Assembly: GCA_965237805.1 (NCBI GenBank) | Contig: OZ250153.1 | Location: 928,001-992,000, forward strand | Direction of reading: 5' to 3' | Length of the DNA: 64,000 nt | Origin: Gammaproteobacteria bacterium | Lineage (GTDB): Bacteria > Pseudomonadota > Gammaproteobacteria > JABABF01 | Translations under genes and position numbers: made by a program | In this document: positions 9,002-18,135 of the stretch, piece after piece | How the letters are laid out: each line of letters starts with the position of its first letter | Position numbering within the stretch: the first letter of the stretch is position 1 | The notes under the pieces: generated by a model | The model's input: only the letters and a program-made list of their open reading frames with translations | What the model was told of the DNA's origin: nothing | Databases searched by the model: none

Positions 9002-9393
9002 GCACTATGAAAACCAACCACAAAGCAGCTGCGCAAGCGACAGCAGACACCGCCAATGGCGGCATCACTCTGCGCGAGTTCGCATCGGTGCCATCCCCGT
9101 CGCCGAAATGGACTTCGACGATGATCGCCCAAGTGATCGCCAACCCACAGCTACACGGGTCTCGGCTGATGCTCACCGTGGAGTGGCTGCAGGAACAGTG
9201 GAGTCAATTCCGCTCGCAACAGGTGGTGGTGGTGGTGCAGCCACGGCTGGCGATGGCTGGTACCATGGCCGCCGTCTTCCTAGCGGTGGTCATGTGGCAC
9301 AGTTCAAGCCAGTGGTCGATAGCAGACAATCTGGAATATTTTGCCTCGACGCTGATAAGCGATGAGATTTACGACTTGGATTGGAGCAACTGA
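8998..9393 (+). CDS. Putative single-pass anti-sigma factor
   Basis: ATGA overlap with the sigma stop; one hydrophobic segment (LAMAGTMAAVFLAVVMW) and a short acidic C-terminal tail. Confidence 0.6.
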   Translation: MSTMKTNHKAAAQATADTANGGITLREFASVPSPSPKWTSTMIAQVIANPQLHGSRLMLTVEWLQEQWSQFRSQQVVVVVQPRLAMAGTMAAVFLAVVMWHSSSQWSIADNLEYFASTLISDEIYDLDWSN

Positions 9394-9404
9394 GCGACAG
9401 GTAT

Positions 9405-9436
9405 ATGCGGCATAGGTCTAGGGTTAGACGCCGCAT
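9405..9436 (+). terminator. Hairpin after the sigma/anti-sigma operon
   Basis: ATGCGGC...GTCTA-gggt-TAGAC-GCCGCAT stem; no U-tract. Confidence 0.35.
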
Positions 9437-9518
9437 CACATCCATTCGGCCTATTGCTATATTAAAGCTTAGCGCAACCATGGCGTAGACGCTGACTCCG
9501 AGACGAGCAGCATAGGCG

Positions 9519-10076
9519 ATGTTGGATCTGACACACCAATTGCTGGTCGCCGCCCCGTCGATGCCCGACTCCAATTTTTCCCGCACTGTCACCTACGTAC
9601 TCGAGCACAACAAGGACGGTGCCGTCGGCTTGATCATCAACCAGCTGAGTCCACGCTGTCTGCGGCATCTGTTCGCGCATGTTGACATCGAATGCCGAGA
9701 CGAGCGCATTGCCGCGCGCCACTATCAGATCGGCGGGCCAGTTGGCTTGGAGCAGGGATTCATCCTATTTCACCCCTACAGCGGCCAGCCCGACACCATG
9801 CAAATCGACGCCGATATCGGACTCAGCTGCTCACACCAAATGCTCAACGCCATCGCACAGGGCGGGGGGCCCCAAGAGACTCTGATCATGCTCGGCTATG
9901 CCGGTTGGCAAGCGGGTCAGTTGGAGTATGAATTTGCTGCCAACGGCTGGCTCAACTGCCAAGCGAGCCAAGATCTGCTGTTCGAGTTGCCGCTGGAGCA
10001 GCGTTGGGAGACGGCCTTGGAACGGGCTGGCGTGCCATCGCCACTCAACTTTGATGCCCAAACTGGCCACGCCTAG
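9519..10076 (+). CDS. yqgE: YqgE/AlgH family protein (UPF0301)
   Basis: LLVAAPSMPDSNFSRTV, GGPV, LGYAGWQAGQLE, C-terminal TGHA. Confidence 0.92.
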   Translation: MLDLTHQLLVAAPSMPDSNFSRTVTYVLEHNKDGAVGLIINQLSPRCLRHLFAHVDIECRDERIAARHYQIGGPVGLEQGFILFHPYSGQPDTMQIDADIGLSCSHQMLNAIAQGGGPQETLIMLGYAGWQAGQLEYEFAANGWLNCQASQDLLFELPLEQRWETALERAGVPSPLNFDAQTGHA

Positions 10077-10109
10077 CTGCGACAGCGCACCCAGTAGCTC
10101 CCGGTCGCC

Positions 10110-11402
10110 TCAGCCGCGCCCCAATGCCCGGTAGTCCAGCCCGGCAGCGCACATAGCGGCTTCGTCGAACAGGCGCACGGCATCGTAGACCACGCGCGGC
10201 GGGGCCATTGCCTCAGACAACGCCCGTAGCTCGATCGTGGTGAATTCAGGGTTGGCGTTCAACACCAGCAACATATCGGCACCGCGGGCGGCGACGATCG
10301 CGTCGTCATAGCGCACCACCCCCAACGGCAAGGCGCTGTTCTGGGCTGTGGGATCGCAGACACGCACCGATAGCCCGGCTTCAGCCAAGGCGCGAACCAC
10401 CAGCAGAGCCGGGCTGTGGCGCAGGTCGTCAGTGCCCGCTTTAAAACTGAGCCCCCACACCGCCACCGGGCCGTCGGCCCCAACCTCGTCGCGCAACTGG
10501 CACAAGCTGCGGGGCAACTGCTCAATGCGGCGTTCATTGGAATTGACGATCGCCTCGATGGCGGTTGCATCGAGACCCGCCTCTCTACTGGCCTCACTCA
10601 GTATGCGGCCATCTTTAGGCAAGCAGCTGCCACCAAAGCCGGGACCAGCTTGCAGATAATCAGGCCCAATGCGTGCATCCATGCCAGCAATCTTGGACAC
10701 CTCGTCGATGTCGCCCGTGACCGCGTCACATAGCGCGGCCACCTCATTGATGACGCTGATGCGGGCGGCGAGTAGCAGATTGGAAGCCAATTTGGACAAC
10801 TCGGCGCTGGCTGTGCGGCAAAACAGCATCGGCGACTCTTGGCCGACGGCTCGGTTGCGCTTGAGTAACGGCGCGTAGACATCGTGCAGGTGCTGCCGTG
10901 CCACCTCTTCTTCGGCACCGATGACGATGCGGGAGGGTCGGCGACAGTCCTCCAACGCGTGCCCTTGGCGCAAGAATTCAGGGCAACAAGCCACATAGAG
11001 CGTTTTGTCCAGCTGCTCAATCCGTTGTGTCAACCGTGCGCAGGTGCCGGGCGGCACGGTGGATTTAACCACGATCACAGCACCGGGAAGCAGTGTGGCA
11101 GAGGCCTCTTGGACAATCTGCCACAAAGTTTCATCGGCCTCTGTCAGGGTGACAGCGATGCACAGCAGGGCTGCTTCCCGTGACGCTGAAGCGATGTCGC
11201 TGTGCAGCTGCAAGATGCCTTCTTGAAGTGCTGTTTGCAAGGCTTCCCGAACACCGGGCTCCCTGAGCGCCGGCCGACCCTCGGCCAGCGCGGCAAAGCG
11301 CTCCGGGTCAATCTCACAACAGTGCACCTCATGGCGCAACTCGGTCAAGTTCAAAGCATTGCTGAGACCGACATAGCCAGCGCCTATAACCGCGATTCTC
11401 AT
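10110..11402 (-). CDS. ugd: UDP-glucose/GDP-mannose 6-dehydrogenase
   Basis: GAGYVG, KSTVPPGT, PEFLRQG, GPGFGGSCLPKD, GLSFKAGTDDLR. Confidence 0.9.
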   Translation of the reverse strand: MRIAVIGAGYVGLSNALNLTELRHEVHCCEIDPERFAALAEGRPALREPGVREALQTALQEGILQLHSDIASASREAALLCIAVTLTEADETLWQIVQEASATLLPGAVIVVKSTVPPGTCARLTQRIEQLDKTLYVACCPEFLRQGHALEDCRRPSRIVIGAEEEVARQHLHDVYAPLLKRNRAVGQESPMLFCRTASAELSKLASNLLLAARISVINEVAALCDAVTGDIDEVSKIAGMDARIGPDYLQAGPGFGGSCLPKDGRILSEASREAGLDATAIEAIVNSNERRIEQLPRSLCQLRDEVGADGPVAVWGLSFKAGTDDLRHSPALLVVRALAEAGLSVRVCDPTAQNSALPLGVVRYDDAIVAARGADMLLVLNANPEFTTIELRALSEAMAPPRVVYDAVRLFDEAAMCAAGLDYRALGRG

Positions 11403-11416
11403 GGTGGCAAAATGAC

Positions 11417-12517
11417 TCAGCTATCGGATTGGGACAACAACGCCGCATTGCGCCATTCATAGGCTTCGCTGAGCGGGAAGCGCATCCCGATCTCGACGAT
11501 AAAGCGTGTCACGCGCCTCTCATTGTATAGGCAATGTGCGCGCTGTTGCGCGGCGCGAGCCGCCGCCCGCAACGCGTCATCGTGTTGCATATAGTGGCGC
11601 ACCAGTCGGCGCAGCTCGTCGATATCTTTGAAGCGGGGCACTTCCGTTGCCGGGAACAGCCGCTCCAATTGCGGCACTGGTGGCGACAACGCCAACACGC
11701 CGTTGCCAGTCAGCTGGATCAGTCGGTCAGAACTGTAGAGTGGGATCGAATCGGTGATGCTGTTGTAGTTGATGCCGATGCGGCTGGTGCCCAAGGTCTG
11801 TACATAGTGCCGCCCGTACAGCCACTGGCCGTCGGCGTGGCCACCGTAGAGGCCGAGCCGCAACTCGTCTGCCAATGGCCGCAACTGCGCGGCCAGCGCC
11901 CGCTGGCGTGCGGTGCCGCCACTGGCGAAAAACAAGTCCAGCTTGGGTGAGGGGTTCTCGCAGGCGCTCTCGGTCTCTATGCTGGCATCACAGGGGTTAG
12001 GCAGGTAGTGGATACGCTCGGTCGCCCGCGGCGGGTTGCCGAGCAGTTCAGCAGCCGTCGTCGGGTGTGAAGTGGTGAACAGGGCATTTAGCAGCTCCAG
12101 CCGTGATCTCAGCAACTGGATCTTAGGCAGCGTCAGCTGATCCACCCACCACTGGAGCAGTGGCGTCTCGGGGTGGTCTTCTCGCAGCGCCACCAAGGTG
12201 GCAACAGACAGCAGCTCGGTATGGCCGAGTAGGATCAACTGGGGGCGATGGCTGCGCGCCGCCGCCAGCACATGGCGTTGCAACGCTCGCCGGCCCCAGA
12301 CCTTGCTGCCGAAAACCGCTGCGTGGCGAGCCAAGTCGCGGTATGAGAGCTGGTAGACATGGTGGCCGTTGCGCACCAAGCCATTGCTGATTTTGTGATC
12401 GACCGAATAATAGCGCCCCGCCAGCTGGTCTTGGGGTCTGCCGCGGCGTGGCGACAGGCGCATCCGGGGCAATTGGGCGAAATTGGCGATGTGCAAAATG
12501 CGTAGCGACGGGGTCAT
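11417..12517 (-). CDS. Glycosyltransferase (GT-B, CgeB/Glyco_trans_1_2-like)
   Basis: KISNGLVRNGH, PNPCDASIE, LYSSDRLIQLTGNG; lies in the glycan cluster; start at MTPSLRILH inferred. Confidence 0.7.
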   Translation of the reverse strand: MTPSLRILHIANFAQLPRMRLSPRRGRPQDQLAGRYYSVDHKISNGLVRNGHHVYQLSYRDLARHAAVFGSKVWGRRALQRHVLAAARSHRPQLILLGHTELLSVATLVALREDHPETPLLQWWVDQLTLPKIQLLRSRLELLNALFTTSHPTTAAELLGNPPRATERIHYLPNPCDASIETESACENPSPKLDLFFASGGTARQRALAAQLRPLADELRLGLYGGHADGQWLYGRHYVQTLGTSRIGINYNSITDSIPLYSSDRLIQLTGNGVLALSPPVPQLERLFPATEVPRFKDIDELRRLVRHYMQHDDALRAAARAAQQRAHCLYNERRVTRFIVEIGMRFPLSEAYEWRNAALLSQSDS

Positions 12518-12521
12518 CGGC

Positions 12522-13634
12522 CTATGCATCTGTAGCCGTGTCGTCGCGACACCCCAAGACAGCACGGTAGACGGCCAAATTGGCTGCAACCATGGCTGGC
12601 AGGGTGAAGCCACCTGCTATCACCCAGCGGCGATCAGGAGGCGGCAACGCCACCGCACGCGACAGGCAGTCTGCCAGCGCCGCTACATCGCCCGGCGGAA
12701 ACAGCAAGCCGTTGACGCCATGCTTGATGAGGTCGAGCACACCGCCGTGGGCGGATGCCACCACCGGACGCTCCATGGCCAGCGCCTCGGCGACGACGCG
12801 CCCAAAAGCCTCAGGTTTGCGCGATGGCAGCACAACAACATCCGCCAGTGCATAGTAGGCGCGAATATCGGCTTGATGGCCGAGGAAACGAGTCGCCTCG
12901 GCCACGCCCAGCGCAACGGCGAGACGACGCAGGCGGCGCGTCTCGCGCACACTGCCACGACCGATGAACACGGCACTCCACGCCAGCCCCCGGCTACGCA
13001 CCGCAGCTAGGGCGCGCAACAACAGCTCCTGCGCCTTGGTCGCCGACAGGCGAGCGGCACACAGCGCGATGCGCTCCTCGCGCCCACAACCCAGCGCAGC
13101 GCGCAGCTCCTCCACTCGATGCGGCGCGACTTGACCGGGATCAAAATAGGCACAGTCCACACCGCGCGGTATGACGGTCATCCGCTCGTCGGCCACACCA
13201 TAATGACGCCTTAGGTGTTCGCGCACGGCGTTGCTGGGGCAGATCAGCCGCTGACCGCGGGTCATGATGCGGCTATAGGCATTGACGCGATTGATGCCGT
13301 GCACGGTGGTGACCACTGGCAGTGCGAGGCGGCGATTGGCCCAAGCTACCAGCCAAGCTGGCAGGCGACTGCGCACGTGTAGCAGCTGCGGGAGGAGCTG
13401 ACGCAACACGCATTCCAAAGCCCTTGCGCGCTGCGGGAAGCTGAATGGGTTTTTGCTGGCAACCGGTTGTTGGCAGTGACGGCCACCGTCGGCTTCGATC
13501 CGCTTGACATAGCTGCCACCGCTCGATATGACAATACTCTCGACACCGTGTTTGACCAGCTCGCGATTGAGCTCGACGACGCCGCGCTCGACACCGCCAC
13601 CCTCCAACGCTGGCAACAATTGCACGATGCGCAC
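12522..13634 (-). CDS. GT4 family glycosyltransferase
   Basis: QLLPALEGGGVERG, VTTVHG, PEAFGRVVAEALAMERPVVAS; GTG start inferred. Confidence 0.9.
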   Translation of the reverse strand: MRIVQLLPALEGGGVERGVVELNRELVKHGVESIVISSGGSYVKRIEADGGRHCQQPVASKNPFSFPQRARALECVLRQLLPQLLHVRSRLPAWLVAWANRRLALPVVTTVHGINRVNAYSRIMTRGQRLICPSNAVREHLRRHYGVADERMTVIPRGVDCAYFDPGQVAPHRVEELRAALGCGREERIALCAARLSATKAQELLLRALAAVRSRGLAWSAVFIGRGSVRETRRLRRLAVALGVAEATRFLGHQADIRAYYALADVVVLPSRKPEAFGRVVAEALAMERPVVASAHGGVLDLIKHGVNGLLFPPGDVAALADCLSRAVALPPPDRRWVIAGGFTLPAMVAANLAVYRAVLGCRDDTATDA

Positions 13635-13868
13635 GACGATCAGCCGCACATAGACGGAGGCGGCGCACGCCACCAGAGCGAGCACCCGACCATAGTGCGC
13701 CGCGACAGGCGGCAACAGGAGACAGAAATGCCCACCATCACCCCATTGTATGCGGGGCACTCAGCGCCACTTAGGCTGCTCGCAGCTGCCATATAATCGC
13801 GTTGCAACATGATGCTGTTCGGGTAGCGCCCACTATGGGCATCGCCAACTGTAGCGCGGGGAAACGAT

Positions 13869-14777
13869 ATGCCCGAAGATGCGCGACCAGCGACGCCCCA
13901 AAACATCCTGCTGTTCAAACTGGGTGCCTTGGGTGATGTGATTCTCAGCATGCCCACCATGCGCCGGATCCGCCTGTATTATCGCACTCCGCAGGCGCGG
14001 ATCACCGTTTTGACCTCGCCGCCTTATGCCGAGCTGTTCCGGCGCTGCCCCTATGTCGACGAGGTCTGGCTCGATCCACGCAAACCCATATGGCGCTTTC
14101 ACCACTTCGTGGCGGTGGCGCGGCAGCTCAAATATGGCGGCTTCGATGCGCTGTATGACCTGCAGGGCAATCGTCACACGCGACGCTATCACCGCTGGGC
14201 TCTGGGCACCCTCCCCTATTGCCACAACCCCACCGAGCGCGAGCTGCCGCTACCCCAACCACCCCCGGCATCAATCGACCTATCGCCGTGGATCGCCGAC
14301 GATGTGCAGACCATTTTGCACCGCCATCGGATCGGCGACGGCTTCGTGCTATTGATACCCGGCAGCTCGGCACGCAACGCGCACAAGCGGTGGCCGTTTT
14401 TCGATTCGCTCGCGAAACGCCTGCGGGCAGATGGATGGCAGCTCGTCACGGCACCAGGGCCGGATGACATCGCATGCTGCCGAGCGTTGCCCGCCACGAT
14501 GTTGCTGGACGGTGGGCACCCGCTCAGCCTCTTCCAATTGGCCGGGCTGTGCGCACACGCAAGCCTAGTAGTCGGCAATGACACCGGCCCCACGCATCTC
14601 GCCGTCCACTGCGGTGCTGCAAGCGTGGTGTTGTACGGTGTGCCGGGCATGGCCGAACGCATCGGCACCGCGCAGCACAGTGCTGCCATCGAGGCGGTGG
14701 GCATCAAGTCGATATCACCCGCCGAAGTCCACCGTGCCGCCAGCCGTGCGCTCTCTTCCTACCCAGAACCGGCGTAG
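13869..14777 (+). CDS. GT9 family (ADP-heptose:LPS heptosyltransferase-like) glycosyltransferase
   Basis: ILLFKLGALGDV, YDLQG, KRWP, VGNDTGPTHLA. Confidence 0.9.
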   Translation: MPEDARPATPQNILLFKLGALGDVILSMPTMRRIRLYYRTPQARITVLTSPPYAELFRRCPYVDEVWLDPRKPIWRFHHFVAVARQLKYGGFDALYDLQGNRHTRRYHRWALGTLPYCHNPTERELPLPQPPPASIDLSPWIADDVQTILHRHRIGDGFVLLIPGSSARNAHKRWPFFDSLAKRLRADGWQLVTAPGPDDIACCRALPATMLLDGGHPLSLFQLAGLCAHASLVVGNDTGPTHLAVHCGAASVVLYGVPGMAERIGTAQHSAAIEAVGIKSISPAEVHRAASRALSSYPEPA

Positions 14778-15157
14778 AGTTTTTCTTCGACGATCGCGGA
14801 GCCGCTGAGGCGGTCAATGTCGCGTTTAAGCGCCGAACGGCGATCGTTGGCAGTGTAGATGGCACGGGCTGTGGCGATGAAAGTCGCGCCAAAATCCCCG
14901 GCTGCATCGCAGCGGCGTATATCGTCTTCGAGCTGCCACAACTCGGCATTGACCACATGCAGTTGCGCGGCCATCTCCCGCAGCGATGCCGAATCGGGCA
15001 AGGCCGCATCGCGCACCGCACACAGCCGCTCCATCTCGCGCCGCACATTGGCCTGTCGACCCGGCTCCGCGATGCGCTCGGATTTGATCCCCAAGATGGT
15101 GATCTTGTCGATCAATTCGCCAGCCCCGACTTCGACCCTAATCGTTTGGCTCATCAT
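14759..15157 (-). CDS. DUF6165 family protein
   Basis: GELIDKITIL.IK, N..LW.LED.IR, ARAIY..ND.R..LKR.I, EEKLY pattern. Confidence 0.8.
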   Translation of the reverse strand: MMSQTIRVEVGAGELIDKITILGIKSERIAEPGRQANVRREMERLCAVRDAALPDSASLREMAAQLHVVNAELWQLEDDIRRCDAAGDFGATFIATARAIYTANDRRSALKRDIDRLSGSAIVEEKLYAGSG

Positions 15158-16060
15158 TCAATCCTGCAAGGAGAGAATTTTCCAAGCGTGTTGCCGCTTG
15201 TAGTACTCAACCGCCCGCTCGCGCACCGCTTTGAAGTCGCCACCCGCCTTGGACGAAGCGTGGGTCGTGCTGGCGACGCGCCCGCTATCGACCTCGCAAC
15301 TCCACAAGGCTGGCTGTTCTGGTGGATGGGGTGGCACCCAAGTCTTGAGCGCGCCGTGTACTTGGGCCATGCAGCTCAGGTGCATGTCTTCTGCATTGCG
15401 ATAGCTATAGGGGGGCTCGCACCACATTAGCTTGGCGTGGCAGCTGCGCATGAACCAGCTGTGACCGACAAAATCCACTTCCGTCGCCACCGGGTGGTGC
15501 TCACCATTCCAGCCGACGTTGCGAAAGCCAAGACGGTAGTAATTTTGGGACGGCAAGATGACACCAGCGCCACCGAGAATGCCGTCATGACCAGCCGCTA
15601 TCATAGCGAGGCAGTTCTCGAACCACCGCGAGCCAGGAAAGATATCGTCATCGATCACAGCAACATATTCTGTCTGCGCCAACACGGCCATGCTGAAACG
15701 ACCAAAAAAAGACCAATTGTGGTTGGAGACGATCAAGCGATCGCACTGATCAGAGAGATCCTGAACCGATGGGGCACCCGGGCAGGCATTGTGCCAAATC
15801 CATATCTGCTGCGGGGGCACACTCTGCCGCCGCAGCGCCTCCAATTGCTGGGGCAGCCAGTGTAGCCGTCGAAATGCCGACAAAATAACCGTGATGCCAG
15901 CAGGATCCAAAGCGTCTCCGCTACTGGTTCTGGCAAAGCGAATCCTGCGCTGCGCCACTTTGAGGGCGCGGCTGCCGTGCCACGCCCGCAGGCGCAACCA
16001 CAGCCCCCTAGGTGAGTAGCGATGGGTTCCGGGAGGACGTTTTTTGAACAGTGCCACCAT
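15158..16060 (-). CDS. GT2/GT-A glycosyltransferase
   Basis: ITVILSAFRR, FFGRF, DDD motif (VIDDDIFPG), VDFVGHSWF, EDMHLS. Confidence 0.75.
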   Translation of the reverse strand: MVALFKKRPPGTHRYSPRGLWLRLRAWHGSRALKVAQRRIRFARTSSGDALDPAGITVILSAFRRLHWLPQQLEALRRQSVPPQQIWIWHNACPGAPSVQDLSDQCDRLIVSNHNWSFFGRFSMAVLAQTEYVAVIDDDIFPGSRWFENCLAMIAAGHDGILGGAGVILPSQNYYRLGFRNVGWNGEHHPVATEVDFVGHSWFMRSCHAKLMWCEPPYSYRNAEDMHLSCMAQVHGALKTWVPPHPPEQPALWSCEVDSGRVASTTHASSKAGGDFKAVRERAVEYYKRQHAWKILSLQD

Positions 16061-16081
16061 GCTCCATGCCTCGGCAGGCCT

Positions 16082-17215
16082 TCAATCCCGTAGCGCCTGC
16101 GCGACCAAGGCGGCAATGCGTTCGGCAGCGTGGCCATCACCATAGGGATTGGGCGCGGCCGCCATCGCCCGATATTCTAAGGTGCTGTCCAAGAGTAGCC
16201 CGATGGCAGCACCGATAGCACTGGCATCGGTGCCGATCAGGCGCGCAGCACCGGTATCCAGCACTTCCTGTCGCTCGCTGACAGTGCGCATCACCAGCAC
16301 CGGCTTGTCCAGCGATGGTGCCTCTTCTTGGATACCGCCGCTATCTGTCAGCACCAAATAACAGCCACGCAGCAAATAGATGAAAGTTGGGTAGTCCAGT
16401 GCTGGCAACAGCTTGATATTCGGTTCATCGGCCAGTGCCGCACGCACCGGTTGCTGCACTTGAGGGTTGGCGTGTAGAGGCCAGACCAAGTCCAGCTCCC
16501 GGCGCGAGCGCGCCAAATCGATCAAGCCTTGGCAAATCGCTTGTAGCGTGCTGCCGAAATGCTCGCGGCGGTGGCTGGTCACCACCACAAAGCGCCGTCC
16601 GGTATCGGGGTCATAGCCCGCTGCCCGTAATCCTGCGGCCAAAGTGACGCGCAACGACTCATCCCTATCGAGCCGCCGCACTGTGTCAAGCAGACAATCG
16701 ACAACCGTATTGCCGGTGATGTGCACCGCACCGTCCACCCCCTCTGCGCGCAACTGCTCGGCGTTGGCGGAGGTGGGGGCGAAGTGCAATGTGGCGAGAC
16801 GGGAGAGCAGGATGCGCTGCAACTCCTCCGGCCACGGTGCCTCGCGACTACCGCTACGCAGCCCGGCTTCCACATGCGCCACCGGAATGTGCTCGTAGAA
16901 AGCCGCAAGTGCCGTCGCCAATGCGGTGGTGGTGTCGCCCTGCACCACCACCAGATCTGGTGCGTACTGCCGCAGACTGCGCTGCAGCTGCTCGAGTATG
17001 GCAGCTGCGAGACGCGCCAAACTCAGATCAACAACATCCAGCTCTAAGTCGACCGGCAGCTCCAGCCACCCCAGCATTTGTGCGACGAGCTCCCGGTGCT
17101 GGCCGCTCAGGCAGACGGTGACGCGCAGCCCGTCCAACCGCCGCATGGCGTGTACCAAAGGAGCGAGTTTGACTGCCTCGGGGCGGGTGCCGATAGCGAT
17201 GAAGACATGCTTCAC
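16082..17215 (-). CDS. wecB: UDP-N-acetylglucosamine 2-epimerase (non-hydrolysing)
   Basis: GTRPEAVKLAP, VQGDTTT, HVEAGLRS, TDSGGIQEEAP, NPYGDG. Confidence 0.95.
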   Translation of the reverse strand: MKHVFIAIGTRPEAVKLAPLVHAMRRLDGLRVTVCLSGQHRELVAQMLGWLELPVDLELDVVDLSLARLAAAILEQLQRSLRQYAPDLVVVQGDTTTALATALAAFYEHIPVAHVEAGLRSGSREAPWPEELQRILLSRLATLHFAPTSANAEQLRAEGVDGAVHITGNTVVDCLLDTVRRLDRDESLRVTLAAGLRAAGYDPDTGRRFVVVTSHRREHFGSTLQAICQGLIDLARSRRELDLVWPLHANPQVQQPVRAALADEPNIKLLPALDYPTFIYLLRGCYLVLTDSGGIQEEAPSLDKPVLVMRTVSERQEVLDTGAARLIGTDASAIGAAIGLLLDSTLEYRAMAAAPNPYGDGHAAERIAALVAQALRD

Positions 17216-17244
17216 ATGAGCTACGCCCGCGCCGAGCACCACAG

Positions 17245-18132
17245 CTAGCTGGGAGGCACGGCGGTGCCATCGACCGCCACCACCCGCATCGACAGATCGA
17301 TGGCTCGGCAGTGTTTGGTCAGTGCGCCGACCGAGATGCTGTCTACCCCGGTGGCGGCGACGGCTCGCAGCTGCTCGACATCAATACCGCCCGAGGCCTC
17401 AAGTCGGATACGCCCACCGCAACACCGCACCGCCTCCGCCAGCTCGGCCAGCGAAAAGTTATCCAGCAAGGCGCAGTCCGCCGCTGCCTCCACCGCTGCG
17501 CACAACTGCTCGGCAGTTTCCACTTCCACCGTCACATCCACTGCGGGGAAGCGCTGCCGTGCTGCACGCACTGCCGTGCCGATCTCATCCAGCACCGCCA
17601 AATGATTCTCTTTGAGCAAAATGCCATCGTAAAGACCGAGGCGGTGGTTGTCGCCGCCACCACAGCGCACGGCGTATTTCTGCGCCAGTCTCAAACCGGG
17701 CAAGGTCTTGCGGGTGTCGAGTAGACGCACGGCCAAGCCCTCGAGTTCCCGCGACAGCCGGTGACAACTCGTGGCCGTGCCGGACAGCAATTGCAGGAAA
17801 TTCAGCGCCGTGCGCTCGGCGCTGAGCAGGGCTCGCGCCGAGCCGCGCACCGTGCCGAGCAACGCTGGTGCCATCAGCACCGTACCATCGTCGTGGTGCC
17901 AGTGGCAATCCACCGTCGCATCCAGTTGGCAGAAAGCCGCCTCGACCCACGGCAAACCGCAAAGCACCATCGGCTCGCGGCTACGTATCTCGGCGCACAG
18001 CTGCCGTTGCGCGGGCACCAGCTCGCTGCTCAAATCACCGCTACCCAGATCCTCCGCCAAGGCCGCGGCCACCGCCTCGGCGATGTCACTGTCAGCTGGC
18101 AGCGCTGAGGCCTGCGATTCAGCACGGCTCAC
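17245..18132 (-). CDS. nadC: Quinolinate phosphoribosyltransferase
   Basis: ALAEDLG.GD, ERTALNFLQ, LDTRKTLPGLR, NHRLGLYD, EASGG, SVGALTK. Confidence 0.95.
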   Translation of the reverse strand: MSRAESQASALPADSDIAEAVAAALAEDLGSGDLSSELVPAQRQLCAEIRSREPMVLCGLPWVEAAFCQLDATVDCHWHHDDGTVLMAPALLGTVRGSARALLSAERTALNFLQLLSGTATSCHRLSRELEGLAVRLLDTRKTLPGLRLAQKYAVRCGGGDNHRLGLYDGILLKENHLAVLDEIGTAVRAARQRFPAVDVTVEVETAEQLCAAVEAAADCALLDNFSLAELAEAVRCCGGRIRLEASGGIDVEQLRAVAATGVDSISVGALTKHCRAIDLSMRVVAVDGTAVPPS

Positions 18133-18135
18133 GGT

